Of a stretch of 64,000 nt of DNA, positions 37,901 through 50,308 are shown piece by piece; within the stretch, counting starts at the first letter, position 1; every line of letters begins with the position of its first letter. The stretch is from Fonticula alba ATCC 38817 (taxonomy: Eukaryota; Protista; Nucleariida), in assembly GCA_000388065.2 (NCBI GenBank), contig KB932202.1; one strand, given 5' to 3'. Under the pieces are notes generated by a model. The model searched no databases. It was not told where the DNA came from and worked only from the letters and a program-made list of their open reading frames with translations. The position numbers were made by a program, and so were the translations under genes.

Positions 37901-40900
37901 GAACATCATTGTGGCGCTGGCATATCGGTCCTGCGTACCGCAGTACCGCCCCACCGCTACCAGCGGTGCAGCCGGCCCTGCGGCCGGGACCTCGACACCC
38001 AGTTCGCCGGTCACTCCCAGTGCTGTCCCTCTGACCCGGCAGTCCATCACACACCATCAGAACATCATCCGCGCCCGGCGAGCTGCCCTGCTGAGCCGCG
38101 CGAGCACACTCTTTGCCGCCGGTGCTGGCCAGCTACGCGTCCGCGCCGAGAAGTCGGTGCTCGTTCAGCAGCTCCTGATCAACAGCATCGGTGCCAGTTC
38201 GGGCGGCATGCCGGCGGACACCGTCGCCGCGGCCAATGGCCCCACCGCTGGCAGTGGCCTCCTGCACCTTGTCGCTCGCACCAACTTTTTGGGCGTCTAT
38301 GCCTGGGCCGGACGGAACCCGGTGCACCGGGCCATGCACTGGCTTCAGTCCGGGTCCGGGGCCTGCTGCATTGTCAACCCGGCAAATGACCAAGCCACCG
38401 GGTCGGGGGCCGTGCGCTTCGTCGTACCCGATGCCCCGGGGACGAGCCTGCTGGCCACGACCGTGCTCCCGACCACGGCCACGTCCGGCATTCACAGTCA
38501 GGCCGAGGACCCTGGCGCCGGGGCCGGATCCGACTCCGGGTCTGTCAACTCGAGCCACACCTCCGACGCCGCTGTGGCGGACAGCTCACCGAGCGTCACG
38601 TCAGCCCCTCTGGCTGTCACCTCGGACACCTGGCATTCCAACATCCTGGATGATGACGGTGGGGAGCATGAGCCCTGGCTCGCCGCGGTGTGGTGCCTCG
38701 AGCAGGCTGCCACCATCCAGCACCACCTGCAACTTGGAACCCTGCTGCTCTATACCCTGGCCCAAAAGGCCGTCTTCTTGCAGCTGGCCGGCCATACGGC
38801 CTTGGCTCTGGCGGTGGCTTGTCGCGTCCTCTCTGCCCAGGTGGACCGTCAGATGCCACTTGCTCGGAATGTCCCGCCCCTTTTGCGGCTGGCTGGCCCA
38901 GGTGTGGCATACCATCGCTATGAGCAGGCTCTTGCCGGGGTACTTGCCCCGCGTCCAAGCCCCTCTCGCAGCCCGTATGTCGGGCCTCAGGGGACCGAGT
39001 GCCATGCTCTTCTCCCCACCCGGACGGTCCTTGGTCTGGCCCATTTGGCCTTGCAGGCTGGCCGGCGTTTGGTTGTGACCAGCGGCGAGCATGTTGAAGT
39101 CGCTCAGGCCACCCTGGGGCTTGGACTTGCGATGTTGGCCACTGCCCCGGGCTCGGTGGCGCCGGCCGACCGGGCGCAAGCCCTGGAGCTGGTCCGCCTT
39201 CTCGGGCCGCTGCTGGATGCGGCCGTCCCGGCCGATGGTCCCCCGGCCGAAGCCCTCCCCCTGTGCTGTCCCTTCGGCCGTGCGTTCACCTTCCTCTCAT
39301 CGCATTGCGACCCTCCCGCCCTTCCCTCTTGCTGGCATTGTTGCTGCTTTCTGACACCTGGCTGCCTTGGATTGGATGTGTGGGCCTTCTCGCCGGCCCA
39401 ATGCCCCTTCTTCCTGGTATTAGTGGTTGCCGAGCTTTCGAACATTGACGGTACATCCGGGCGGCAGCAGGCGCCGCAGCTCGCCCTCGACCTGACCGCC
39501 AGCTTGCCCATGGGCCTGCGGTTTGCGGGAGTTCGCTTGCACTTCACACCAATTTCCAGCCGGGTGAAGATGTTCGGCGGCATCATCCCCCCGCCTGTTG
39601 CCTGGCAGACGGTTGATTGCAATCTGGTCTCCGGCGAAGCGGACGCCCTTCTTCCCGCCGTTGATCCTGTCGCCGGTCCGACTCCCCACCGGTTCACTCT
39701 CGACGTGCCTAGCTCGTCTTTCCGATCCCACTTCCAAGTATGTGCCCTCTGCACGGGGGGGGGGTCCTTCTTCCTGCCTGCCTGCCCTTTCTGCTCCATG
39801 CCCTTTTCCACGTCTCTCGTGTCTCCTCCCTCCCTCTCGGGAGATTTCTCTCCGTTTCCCTTGTCCTCACGCCTCTCCCCTGCAGATCGATCGCATCTCC
39901 CTGCTTGGCGTGCAGCTCCTCGACTCTGAGTATTGCACCCTGCGGCGCCCTGTGCTCCTCGAGCTCCCGCTTGTGTCCTCCATTTTGTATGCCGACCCCA
40001 GTGCCGGGCTCTTGCCTTTCCTCGCCCCTTCCCCCTCTCGCTCCCCCCCCCCTCTCTCTCTCTCTTGTTCACCTTCTGACTCGCTCTCTCGCCACCAGCC
40101 CAAGCAGCTCCCTTCCTCCGCAGGGGGACATTGTCCCCCGCGGTGTGAACATTCAGCCGGTCCTTCTGCCCGCCGAGACTGCCGAGCCCGGCTCCGTGTG
40201 TCTCGGTGATGACTTGGCCCCGGAGGGATTTCTCCTGCTGGATGTTTGGTACTCCCTTAGCCCCTTCTTCTCCTCCCCGGGGATTACGGCCGCCACGGAT
40301 CTCCAACTCCGGGTCGCCCCCTCTTACCGTACGCTTCTCTGGCATCCAATTCTTCGCTCGGTGGCGTCCGTCTCCCTGCTCCTCGCCTAATCATCAGTTT
40401 GCGCCTGGGCGGACCCCTCTCTCTTTTCATCGCAGTGGACATCGAAGTGAGTCAGACGCCACCGACCCCGGCGCAGCTGGCACGAGGCTCGGTCCTGCCC
40501 TTCCCCTTGGATGCATCTGCTGGCAAAGACACAAATCCCCCCCTGCAGACTTCTTCCACTCAACGGACCGAGGAAATCATCCGCCGGGGTCGCGCGGTTT
40601 ACCTGCGCTTTATGGCACCCAACCGACCGGCGAGCGCTTCCGCGACCTCGATGGCCGGGTTGCTTCGGCTGCTGGCCTCGCGCAAGTTGACCGTCTCCCT
40701 GAGCATTGTTGGGCCCCAGCGGCAGACCCTTCTCACACGGTCAATGGTCGTGCAGGCCCCCTTCCTGGCTCGGGCGTCCTCTGCCTTTAGTCTGGATCTG
40801 ACCCTGCCCCAGTATCTGCGCACTCCGAGCCTTTGGCTCCATGCAGTGGAAACCGGCACCGGCGATGAGGTATGCCCTGACCCCCTTCCCCCGAGGACCA

Positions 40901-41313
40901 TCCCCCTCCTGCTTGCCTGCTCACCCTCTCCGCCGCTTTTCCCCTCCCCCTCTGCAAAGACCACCTCCCTCTGGAAGCCCTGTGCCGATCAGCCTCAGGG
41001 GCCCCTCCTGCCCGGATCTCGCGTCACCCTCCTCACTCCAAGCGCGGCCCTTGTGCATGTGAGCTATTCCCTGTGCGTCGGGCCTCCAATTGCATGCCCC
41101 ATTTGGGTTGGTTGCCTCTGACACATCTTTGTCCACGTGCGAGAACTCCCCAGCCCCGGTGATGCCCCGGCACCCAGTCCTCGGCGACAAATCCACTTCT
41201 CCCTCAAGCATCCGGCCCCACCTCCGCCGTCCATCTCGACTCCCACCTACACGCTCATAGCCGGTGCGATTCCCTCTCGTCCTTTCTCTCCCTCCTCCCC
41301 CCCCCCCCCCCCC

Positions 41314-41347
<34 letters not shown>

Positions 41348-41919
41348 CCTCTTTCTCCCTTTCTCTCGCTCTGTCCTTGCGATTCTGGCCATGCCAGGCC
41401 CTTCCTCAACGCAAATGTCAGTCTAATCCCCCTGGGTCCTAGATGTCCCGGCATGTGTCCCCTTGCTCAAGCCGACACCCATCCGGGTGATGGTTGTCCC
41501 GCCCCTTGGTCCTGAGGTCCAGAACTGCCGCATTCAGCTGGCACCTACCCAGACCCAGCAGCCTGGGACCCCGACATCCGGCGGAGCCAGCGCCAACCGG
41601 GCCGAGGGCATTCCCTACCAGGTGGTGGGCCCCCAGTCGGCCCCGGCCGACGGGACTGCCGAGCACATTTGGAACCTTTTGCCATATCGTGTATGTGCCC
41701 TCTGGCCCTCTTTCCCCCCCCCCCCCCCCCCCTCCCCCCTGCTTTGCCTTCCTTTTTCGCTCCCGCCTCGGGCGAGTTGCCCTTTTCTGACCCTCCCGAT
41801 GACATCCGCCCCCATGCCAGACCGGTGTCCTTCACCTGCCGGTGTTCGAACTACACATGGGCGGGTCTACCACCCCGATGGCTGTCAGCCTTTCTGGAAC
41901 CACCACTGTGATGGAATAA
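34994..41919 (+). CDS. Large divergent multi-exon gene, tentatively TRAPP II subunit TRAPPC10/Trs130-like
   Basis: Coding-like exons alternate with poly-C introns, for example the short GT-AG intron joining LAFFK-N-FEEDL at ~36605-36675. The resemblance is from recalled motifs only: LALEQSGPMRDTLTHYGDAV (cf. LAFVFE..EDALVQYDEL), HLTWIARQ, WCLEQA..LLYTLA, and the C-terminal spliced LLPYR/TGVLHLPVFEL (cf. MPLFAGYLPLPDV). The stop is at 41917-41919. The gene is likely real; the family assignment is uncertain. Confidence 0.5.
37711..37807. other. Assembly gap inside an intron of the TRAPPC10-like gene
   Basis: A run of N after the GT donor (RQ|gtatgt) and a C tract, followed by CT repeats. Confidence 0.9.
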
Positions 41920-42125
41920 ACCTGTGCTTCTCCCGCGGGAAAGGCCCCCTTCCCACTTCCAACAACCCCCCATGGCCGTGCCCTTCTCGGTGCCGCATGG
42001 GGTGTGTCTGGCTGATGTCTATGATTTTTAGGGGCAAAGGCCCTACCCTCACATTTCACTTTAGCCGTGGCGAAAGAAGGGGGGGAAGGCCGGGAGGAAG
42101 ATGAAAAGCACAAGCTCCCCTCCAT

Positions 42126-42303
42126 CTACCCTAGTCCCGAGAAAGTCTTGAATGCCAGCTCGTACACGTAGAATGTGATGGCCGAGGCGGGGACGGCCTT
42201 CACCAACGTTGGGGTCAGGCCTCGGAAGAGGCCGCGCATTCCCTACACGAAGGGAAAGGAAGACAGGCGTGAGGAGGGAGACGGGCACCAGGGAAGAGGA
42301 AGA

Positions 42304-42340
<37 letters not shown>

Positions 42341-43957
42341 GGACAGACGCAGGGAGGGAGAGAAAGAGAGCGAGGAAGGGGGAAAGGGCCGAAGGGGTGA
42401 ATCTCAACAAATCGACCAGGCCCCCCCGGGGGGGAGGTGTTCGGCACTCCTTCTAAGCCGGCCTTGGCGCTGGCTCATGCGCACCTCCTGGCGGACAGTC
42501 ATCCGAGCGCAAGCCCACATCGTGCGCGGCACTTCCTGCACGGCTGAGCCCTCGTACATGATCCGTGCGGCAAAGGCTGCACTCGGGCCTGCTGCGGCCG
42601 GGATCGAGGTGGCCATCGTGGATGTCCCGGCCGATGCAGCTGCCGTGACAATCTGCAGGCGCTTGCGGATCAAGTCAAATGGTGCACTCACCAGCTTAGA
42701 GGCCACACCGGCCGTGGCGCCGGACACTGCCGCCGGCAAACCAACCCCCTCAGCCAGAGACCAAACGCCGGCCGTGTTCAAAGTGTCACGCCAGCCCCCG
42801 GGCCCATGTGGAGATGTGGTCAGGAAGCGGCCAAGTGCATCAAGCACCTGCCGGACCGCCGAGTAGCAGCCGAAGGACACCCCGGCGGCCGGGGCGGTGC
42901 CGATCAGGGCCGAGCTCAGCCCCCGGTACAGAGCCCGTGGACCGCCCTCGGTGCGGGCGATGTCCGCGAGTGAGCCAATCAGCGCGGTTGGCTATTCCCA
43001 AGGCCGACAGGGGTCAGTAACGGAAGCCAGTAGAGCAGGCCGGCGGGGAGAGCGCGCGAGGGGAGAGGAGAGAAAGGACGAGGGAGATCCGAGATGCGAA
43101 GATCGACAGGGAGATCGAGGGACAGACAGAGGCCCAGGCCAGGAAAAGAAGGCCTCTTCCCAGCACGCACGGAATAGCTCGCCAGCGAGTAGCTTTGTAC
43201 TTGGCCTGCTTGCAGGGCCCACCGGGTCCGAAGCAGATCCAGTGGGTAGGTCAGCGTTCCGGCGGTGGAGGCGGCCAAAAAGCCGGACACTGCCGAGATG
43301 ACAGGCGACGTTTTGGACAGGGAGGATGAGGAGCTCCTTCCCTGTTGGAGATCCGTCGAGTTTGTGCCTCGTCCAGAGAGCGAGCCGAGCAGGGACGTGG
43401 TGAAGGTGTTGATCGGCTCGACCAGGGAGAATTGGAGCCCCGCATACGCCGCATACAGGTACAGGGCCGGGAGGTTACCCTTCCACAGGGCCTACAACAC
43501 GCTTGGGGGTCAGTGTGGGAGGGCAGAAGCCAGATGAACGCCCAAAGGGGGGGGGGGAGAGAGAGAGAGGGGGGGGGGGGGATGGGGAATCAACGTGTCT
43601 GTGGAGCGCACCAGGATACCCTCCTCTCGGGCAATCATCCGAAAACACTGGGCCATGGAGGTGTACTTCGGAGCGGTCCCGGCTTGATGAAGTTGGGTCT
43701 TGGTGAGGGGGGGGGGGGGGGGGTCGCGGTCGCCCGGGGCGAGGGCGGATGTCAGGGCTTGGATTGGGGTGAGGCACTTCCCAGGGGCAAGGGGGGTGCG
43801 GGGGGGGGGACACCCTTCGGGCGCGTACTTGAAGGCGAATTTTGACCACATCCAGCGGGGCCACGATGAAGCGCGCCACAACGCCGGCGGTGGCGCCGGA
43901 AGCCACCGGCACCCAGGGCGCAACATCCCGGTGCACGGCCGCGCTCCCAGACGACAT
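42126..43957 (-). CDS. Mitochondrial carrier (SLC25), thiamine pyrophosphate carrier Tpc1/SLC25A19-like, multi-exon
   Basis: Three carrier signatures are present: [21 protein letters not shown] and [11 protein letters not shown]. Also [41 protein letters not shown] and [25 protein letters not shown]. ALWKGNxPA and KAxPASA are Tpc1-like. Confidence 0.85.
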
Positions 43958-44668
43958 GAGGCAACGGCGGATCCGAAAGAGGGATGTGGAAGTAGAGAGG
44001 CGGAGGAGGATACAGAGGGACTTTCAGTGCCCTGTTGCCGAGAGGCGGTGATGGGATGCTGCTGGTGGCGGAAGAAGAGGAGGCAGGGGGGGGGGGGGGG
44101 AGATCGCTGCAGGGCTCCTGGACCATGCCGCCCGGTGTGCCGCCCGAAATAAGGAGGCCTCGGCTTGCCGCCTTCGGCGGGCTGAATTCATTGGATGGGC
44201 CAGCGGAAGACACACGTGACTCGCGCGTGAGATGATATTTTTGGACAACTCATGGTGTTCGTCTCCCCATGGCTTTTCAGTATGCACCGAGATCGCTGTA
44301 GCCCACAACAAGGAGGGGGCGCATCTTCGGCCAGGCTGACCCCTCCTCCCTGCCCGACTGACAGAGTGGCAGGCCAAAGACACATGCCCGGGCAAGGCTG
44401 CCAAGCCGCGCTCAGTTTGTCCTCGGGGTCCCGCGACCGTGGCTTCGGTGCTTCGGCCAGATGTGGACGGTCTCCGAGCCGCACCGATCTCTCGGTAGCC
44501 GGTGTAGGGTGTCCCTCTCGGGGGCGGAATTTTTATTCATTTGCAAAAGCCACTCTCGGCGACGTGGCCGGAGGGAAGAGGGGCACTTCCCGGCCTGTGC
44601 GAAAATAGGTGAGACTCGGTCTTGATTGGATGCTCCCAGGGCGCTGAGAAGGCCTCGCCAAAAGACCA

Positions 44669-47600
44669 CTACGGGTGCATGCGCCCGCTCAGACGCAGAT
44701 GCTCGGCCACCGAGGGGTCCTCTTCCGAGATCGAGCGCAACCATGTCCCCTGCTCCTTGATGGACCAATAGAGGGCTTGGCGATGGGCATCCTCTGCGCC
44801 TGGCGCCGGTCGGACAGTCCACCCGGAGGAGGTCACCGGGAACCGCGGGTCGGCAATGCCGAGGGAAGCCACCTTTTGGAAGTACCTGCCGACATGATGC
44901 CATGTGTGTGTGTGTAGGGGGGGGGGGGAGATTCCGGTTAGAGTGGGTTGTGTTCGGCCCTCGCGAGGAGTATAAATGCATTACCCAGCACGGGAATGAA
45001 GCTGCTGCTTGGCAAATGCCAGCCCCCCCCCCCCCCCATAACTGGCCCTCTCGGAAGAGCTCCCCCGGAAATGAGCGAGACCGGAGCGCACCTAGGCTCA
45101 TTCTGCCCGGGCCGCCGGGGAGCGAGTTTGGCCCGGGACTCGGCCGCCTCGGCAGCCCTTCCCAACTCCCAGTGCCGGAGGTCCGGGCGAAGGCGAGCAT
45201 CGGTCGGGGCCAAGTTGATCCGGGGCACACCCGGGGTCATATCCTCCCCGGGTGCCAGGTGTGACGCATCGAGCGACGCCAGGCTCGAGGCGAACACCGA
45301 GAATCCGAATTGCCGATCGCCGAGGCCAACGTCATCATTTACCCAGATCACCCGGTATGGCAGGGGAGGGCCGGCCCCCGTTTCCGGCCTCATTGCCAGG
45401 AATCGGTCATGCCTCCCGACCAGAGTGGCCACACGGCGACCAGACTCGGCTATGATTCCAGCCCGCCGGCCGGGGGAAACCGGAGCAGGGGGGATTCCTC
45501 GCGTTAGCAACCGACTCGCCCTGAGGGAAAGGACTCATGCATCAGGGCCAGCTCCCCGGCTGAGCCCTTCCCATGGATTGCCTGCTTCCATGCGGGACCC
45601 CCCTCGTACCGTGAATTAACTCGCCCGAGACGCGGGCGAAATTCCGCCGCAGGCGGGGATCTCCATTGGGTAGGGGCCCTCCGGCGGCGGCCAGATGCTC
45701 CCGGTCCAGCAACCCCCCGGAGTCGGTGCTCAATTCGTGGGCCATGACCACTCGGAGCCCGGTCTCGACGCAGTCCAGCTGTATGGTCCCCACCTGCCGA
45801 GTGCATGGTCGGTAGGTCGTCGTTTGTTCCGGACCCAGTGAGGAAGCATTGTTATTACCTTTTCGAAAGCGCGACACGCCGAAGGTGCCGGCCCTCCAGG
45901 GGGGGGGGGGGGGGGCGGGGGCGGGCCGGGCTTGCGGCGATGTGGCCCAGTGGCCACATGTGCGGGCGATCTTGCCGCGTGCATGTGTGCATGACCGCTG
46001 GCGAGATCGCCCAAAGCCCATGCATCAAGACGTACATGCTCCACCCAGGTGCCCACCTCGGCCAGTAGCCCGCGCACCCGGGTTCCCGGCTTGTTCCAGG
46101 TGTAGTTTTCCGTCCCCGGCCCGGCGCCCGGGGATGGGTCTCGCGGGTCGCCGAAGTCCAAACGAAGGCAGCCAGAACCGCTGATGGGAACCTCCAGCTC
46201 GCCGAGGGAGCGGATGCTCAATCGGGGCACGGAGAAAGTGGCCTCCTGGATGGTACACCAGCGCCCGGGTCGCCCGGATACATGTGACCGCAACGGCGTG
46301 GTGGACTCGGCGAAGATGATGGTTTGCTGGTCGGTCAGCTGCTCGGACAGCCCGCGGAAGCCGACGCCGGACCGGTGACGATTCAGCTCGAGCGTTTCCC
46401 CGATCAGCGTGCCCAATGGGGCAGACCGCCGGCCCGGTGCAGTCGGGGGGCCGAACGGCGCGCAGCCGGCCAACGCCGCGACCAAGCACATGCGCCCTAG
46501 CTTCGGACAGGCCTCGGCCCACCACTGGGCCTCCATGTCCGAGGAGAAGGTCGGCCGCTTGAAGGGGGCCACTTCCGGGGGGTGCCCCGGGCCCGATGTC
46601 CAGTGTCCACCGGCCAGCGCATGCTTGAGGGCCTCCGGGAACCAGCTCAAAGAGAGTAGATCCTCAAGCGAGTCGAATGCGGGGATTCTTTTCGCCCGCG
46701 TCAGAAGCAGGGCCGCTCGTCAGCCGGGCGAAAGGCAGCCTCACGGCGCGGGGAAGCAAAAAGTGCCGGCCTCGGTGACCGGCAACATGCAGGTCGCGTA
46801 CCCCATTGCCTCGCCGGGGCCCAGCAGCTCCAGGGCACAGTCCGCTGTCTCGGCACACCGGATGGCCCGAGCCAATAGCGGTCCCGAGTGAATGAGTTCC
46901 TCCGCAAAGCGAACAGTCGGAGTCGAGGGCTCGTGCCAGTCCAGCGGCAGGAGGAAACGGGCCAGGTCTCGAGCAGGCTGCTTGAGCAGCGAATAAATCG
47001 ATGGGAGCTTTCCACTGGGGCGTCCTTCGTTTTAGACGTGTGGCCAGGATGTGCGAGGCCCTCTCGATCGGGAACGATCTCTTCGCAGCATGCGCGCCCG
47101 CCCGCCCGCCCGCCCGACCACGCGCAGCAAAAAAAAAAAACAACATACGCACCTCGAATCGCAGGGCAGCGAGGTACGAACTGTGTCCGCGGTTGCCTCG
47201 ATATCGTCCAAGAGGAGGGTCTGGGAAGATAGCTTCCCCGTGAGGGTGGACTCCGGCGCCCCCGGGCTACGGGTGTCCCCGCAAGCAGCTGCCCCCTCGC
47301 CTGCATCCGGCGAACACACCCGGGACATGGAAAGGGGAGTGTAGAAAAGATCCTCTTCATCGTCCTCATCATTAGCACGGCAGGTGGCCAACCGGCCCTC
47401 CAGGCTGTCGGAGGTGGAGCTCTGGGACATCTCCATCTGCTTGTCAGCGGGTGATGGTTCGGGCAGGTCGCCCAGGTTTCCAGCGTCAGGCATCGGGGAC
47501 ACTTCACCCAGGTCGCAGGGGACGGGCATGCCGGATGTGGGAGAGTCGCCACCGAAGAATTGCTCCATGCCGTGTCGCCGATAGAACTCGTCGTCTGAAG

Positions 47601-48890
47601 GGCCGGCACATTGCAATGCGCCGAGGGCATCCATGGGTTAGTCACCGGCCGAGGAGCTTGCCGCGCGCGCGCGCGCGTGGAAGAATGCCAAGCGCACCGG
47701 ATGACGTCTGCCCCATGGACGAGCAGATGCACCAAAGCAACACCGGTCAGAATGGATGGACCACGCCCGGCAGGCCCTCGGACGCTCTTCGGCCCCTGGC
47801 CAATGCCCACAGCCCAGCCCCAAGTCAGCGCACTGTCAAAATGGACCCGGGCCGGATGGAGGGCGCATACTCGCGAACGAGATTACCGCCAGCCAGGAAG
47901 ATTTGCCTCGTCACCATCTCCGACCACCAGTCAAAGGGAAAGAGGCCGCCGGTGTTCCCTCGGGCGCGGACTTCGCCCGGAGTCTCCGCGTCCAATGGCG
48001 ACAACAGGTCGAGCAGGGCTCCCGCCAGGGGATCGTCATCGGCCGCGCCGGACATCGCCAACGAACTCACCTGGCGATGGGTCACTTGCAGACGCGAGGA
48101 CCGCAGCAACACCGCCCCCGGGCTCAATTCCCGCAGCTCCACCTGGCGGCCCTCCTTCGACAGGCGCAGGCGGCGCTTAGCCGGGGCAATGTCGATGTCC
48201 ACCTTTTCCAGATGGAAGGCCACCAGCAGCCGCCCCTCCAGCGAGGGGACGATCACCTGGGCACCGGGGCCGGCGCCCACAAAGCGCACCCCGGACCAAG
48301 GCGCCTCGCGCACAATCAGCCATGCACCTTCGAGGATCAGTGTGACAATCTGGCAGTGAGGTCAGCGCGCGAGGCGACACCGGGAAAGGGGCATCGGCCC
48401 AGGCCGCACCATCCATGGCCGAGGCTTGAAGACTTTCTTGCTCCCGGAGCGCAACTCGGCCAGGCCGAGCACCTGGCCCGTGGCCGCGAGCACGCCTTCT
48501 TCAAGGGGCCTCATACTCGAGTTGCTGACAGCGATGGTGCGTCCCGCGTGGGAGGTGAAACTACCGGGATTCGGGGCGAAAAAAAAGAGGAAGGGAAATC
48601 AGACGTAGGCGGAGGAGAGGGGAGGAGACACTAGCTCGGGCTCTTTCCTTTCTTTCGAGGGACTGTTTTCAAGCTCGGCCTCCTGTTTCACATCGCGATC
48701 AGCTGTTGGCCCGGCACAACGCCCCACCCCCAACGCCAAGAGACGCCCAGCATCCGGCCTCGGGCCAACATCGGCTGCCCCCAAACCGCGAACAAGTCTT
48801 GTCACCTGCCCTCCGAAGGTCTCCAAACACCGCTGCCGACCGAGGCATCGCCAAGCCCATGCGTTCGGCCCAAGAAAATACCCGAGACAT
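44669..48890 (-). CDS. Oxysterol-binding protein-related protein (PH domain, FFAT-like acidic motifs, divergent ORD); 5' end uncertain
   Basis: PH-like exons run from KPRPWMIVTLILEGAWLIVRE to FDWWSEMVTRQIF. Acidic DDEFY and DEDDEEDLFYTPLS motifs follow. ORD motifs: RTSLP, SIYSLLKQPARDLARFLLPLDWHEPS..RFAEEL (cf. SLWSILK..GKDLSKISMPV.FNEP), LIGETLEL, YTWNKPGTRVRGLL, LAPTDARLRPD, PRYF, YWSIKEQGTW. Candidate starts are at 48890 or 49077. Confidence 0.8.
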
Positions 48891-50308
48891 AGCGGCGTCG
48901 AGCAGGCATGTGTGAGAGAGAGAGAGAGAGGCATCCAGGGCGCGAGAACAATCTGCCCCTCGTGACGAGCCGTGCGAGGGGCCGAGGCGTGGCGCCCGGC
49001 CCTTCTCGTCGCACTCCGCCCCCCGCGGCGCTCAGGAGGGAGGAGGCTGTTAGCCGCTCCCCCGGGTCGACTCCCATGGGGAATGGAAATTCGAGCACAC
49101 GGAGGAGACCCAATGGCCTTCCGAGACGCCCAGGCTCCGGCTGGCCCCGGAGGCACTGCCCCCCCCCCCCCCCCCCCCCAAAGGGAACGAGGTGCCACTG
49201 GGATCCGAGGAGCGGGGCGTGAAAACAAGATCGCGGGTTGCCGTTGGGATTTGTTCTCCCCCCTCCCCACTCGCCCCGGAAGCTCCCTCGCGCACCCGCG
49301 GGATCTGCTCTCCTCCAGATAAGTGGCCCTGGGGGAGGTGTGATGGAGGCAAAAGCAGAAGGGAACCACAACTCACGGACGCGTGACCGTCAGGCAGGGG
49401 GCAGAGCCTCGGGGCACGCGCATTGGCGAGGCCCATCTGTATTAACCTCAGAGCTGGAGAACAACGGAACAGGCGGCACGCCTGGGACCCCGCCCAAAGA
49501 TCGCGGACCCCTCCGGCCGTCCAATTGGGAGCCCCCTCTTGAGCAAGGTAGACTCCCGGACAAGGGGTCCCTTCTGGCGTTTGGTACTCGGGCGTTGTCT
49601 GGCATTGTGGGTTTGAAACAGCCGCCTAGCCCGTGGGGCCCGGTGTCGCCCCCTCGCCCCACACCGGCTGCCATGGTTCTAGAGCCCGGGGGGGGGGGCT
49701 GGGCTTGTGGGTCAAAAACCGCCGGGGCCGGTCCGCGGAGAGGTCTTTAACTGACATTTTGCGTGATCAACACCGCGGTCAGGGGACACAGGTCATCAGA
49801 CCGGTTGGCGTGCGGCCGACGGCCCCGGTGGTCCGACGCGCGGTCTCCTCGGCGATGGCCACACACCGCGATCCGACGGTTGCCGTCAGCCGGAGTGTCC
49901 CCCTCTCCCAGTGTCTCCCTCCATGTGGCGGGGGGCCTCCCACTTTGCCTCCTCTAGTTTTGATGTTTTTTCTCCCCCCTGTTCTCCTTTGTCCTTTCTT
50001 TGGTTCCCTTGGGCCCCCCCCCCCTTCTCGGGCGCCCCCCCCCCCCCCCCCCCCACTGAAGGGCACCCGAGACAGCCAACCAGGAGGCTGCCGAGATGTG
50101 TCTCCATCCTTCCCCTGGTCTCCTGCCTCCCCCTTACACAAACACAACACACGCGCGCACACCTTCCGCACCGACTCCCGTACCTCCCTCCCCCTCCCCC
50201 TCCCCCTCCCCCCACCCACCCACCCACCCACCCTTTTCTTCCTCCCTCCTGTGTTCCTGACGTTGACCTTCTTCCTTTTGCCCTTCCCCCGCCTTCCTGC
50301 AAGCCAGC

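Noticed and set aside
44669-48890. Calling the ORP gene a pseudogene because of its degenerate signature
   Set aside because: The exons I traced are open, with canonical splice sites and an intact C-terminus. I found no frameshift or premature stop.
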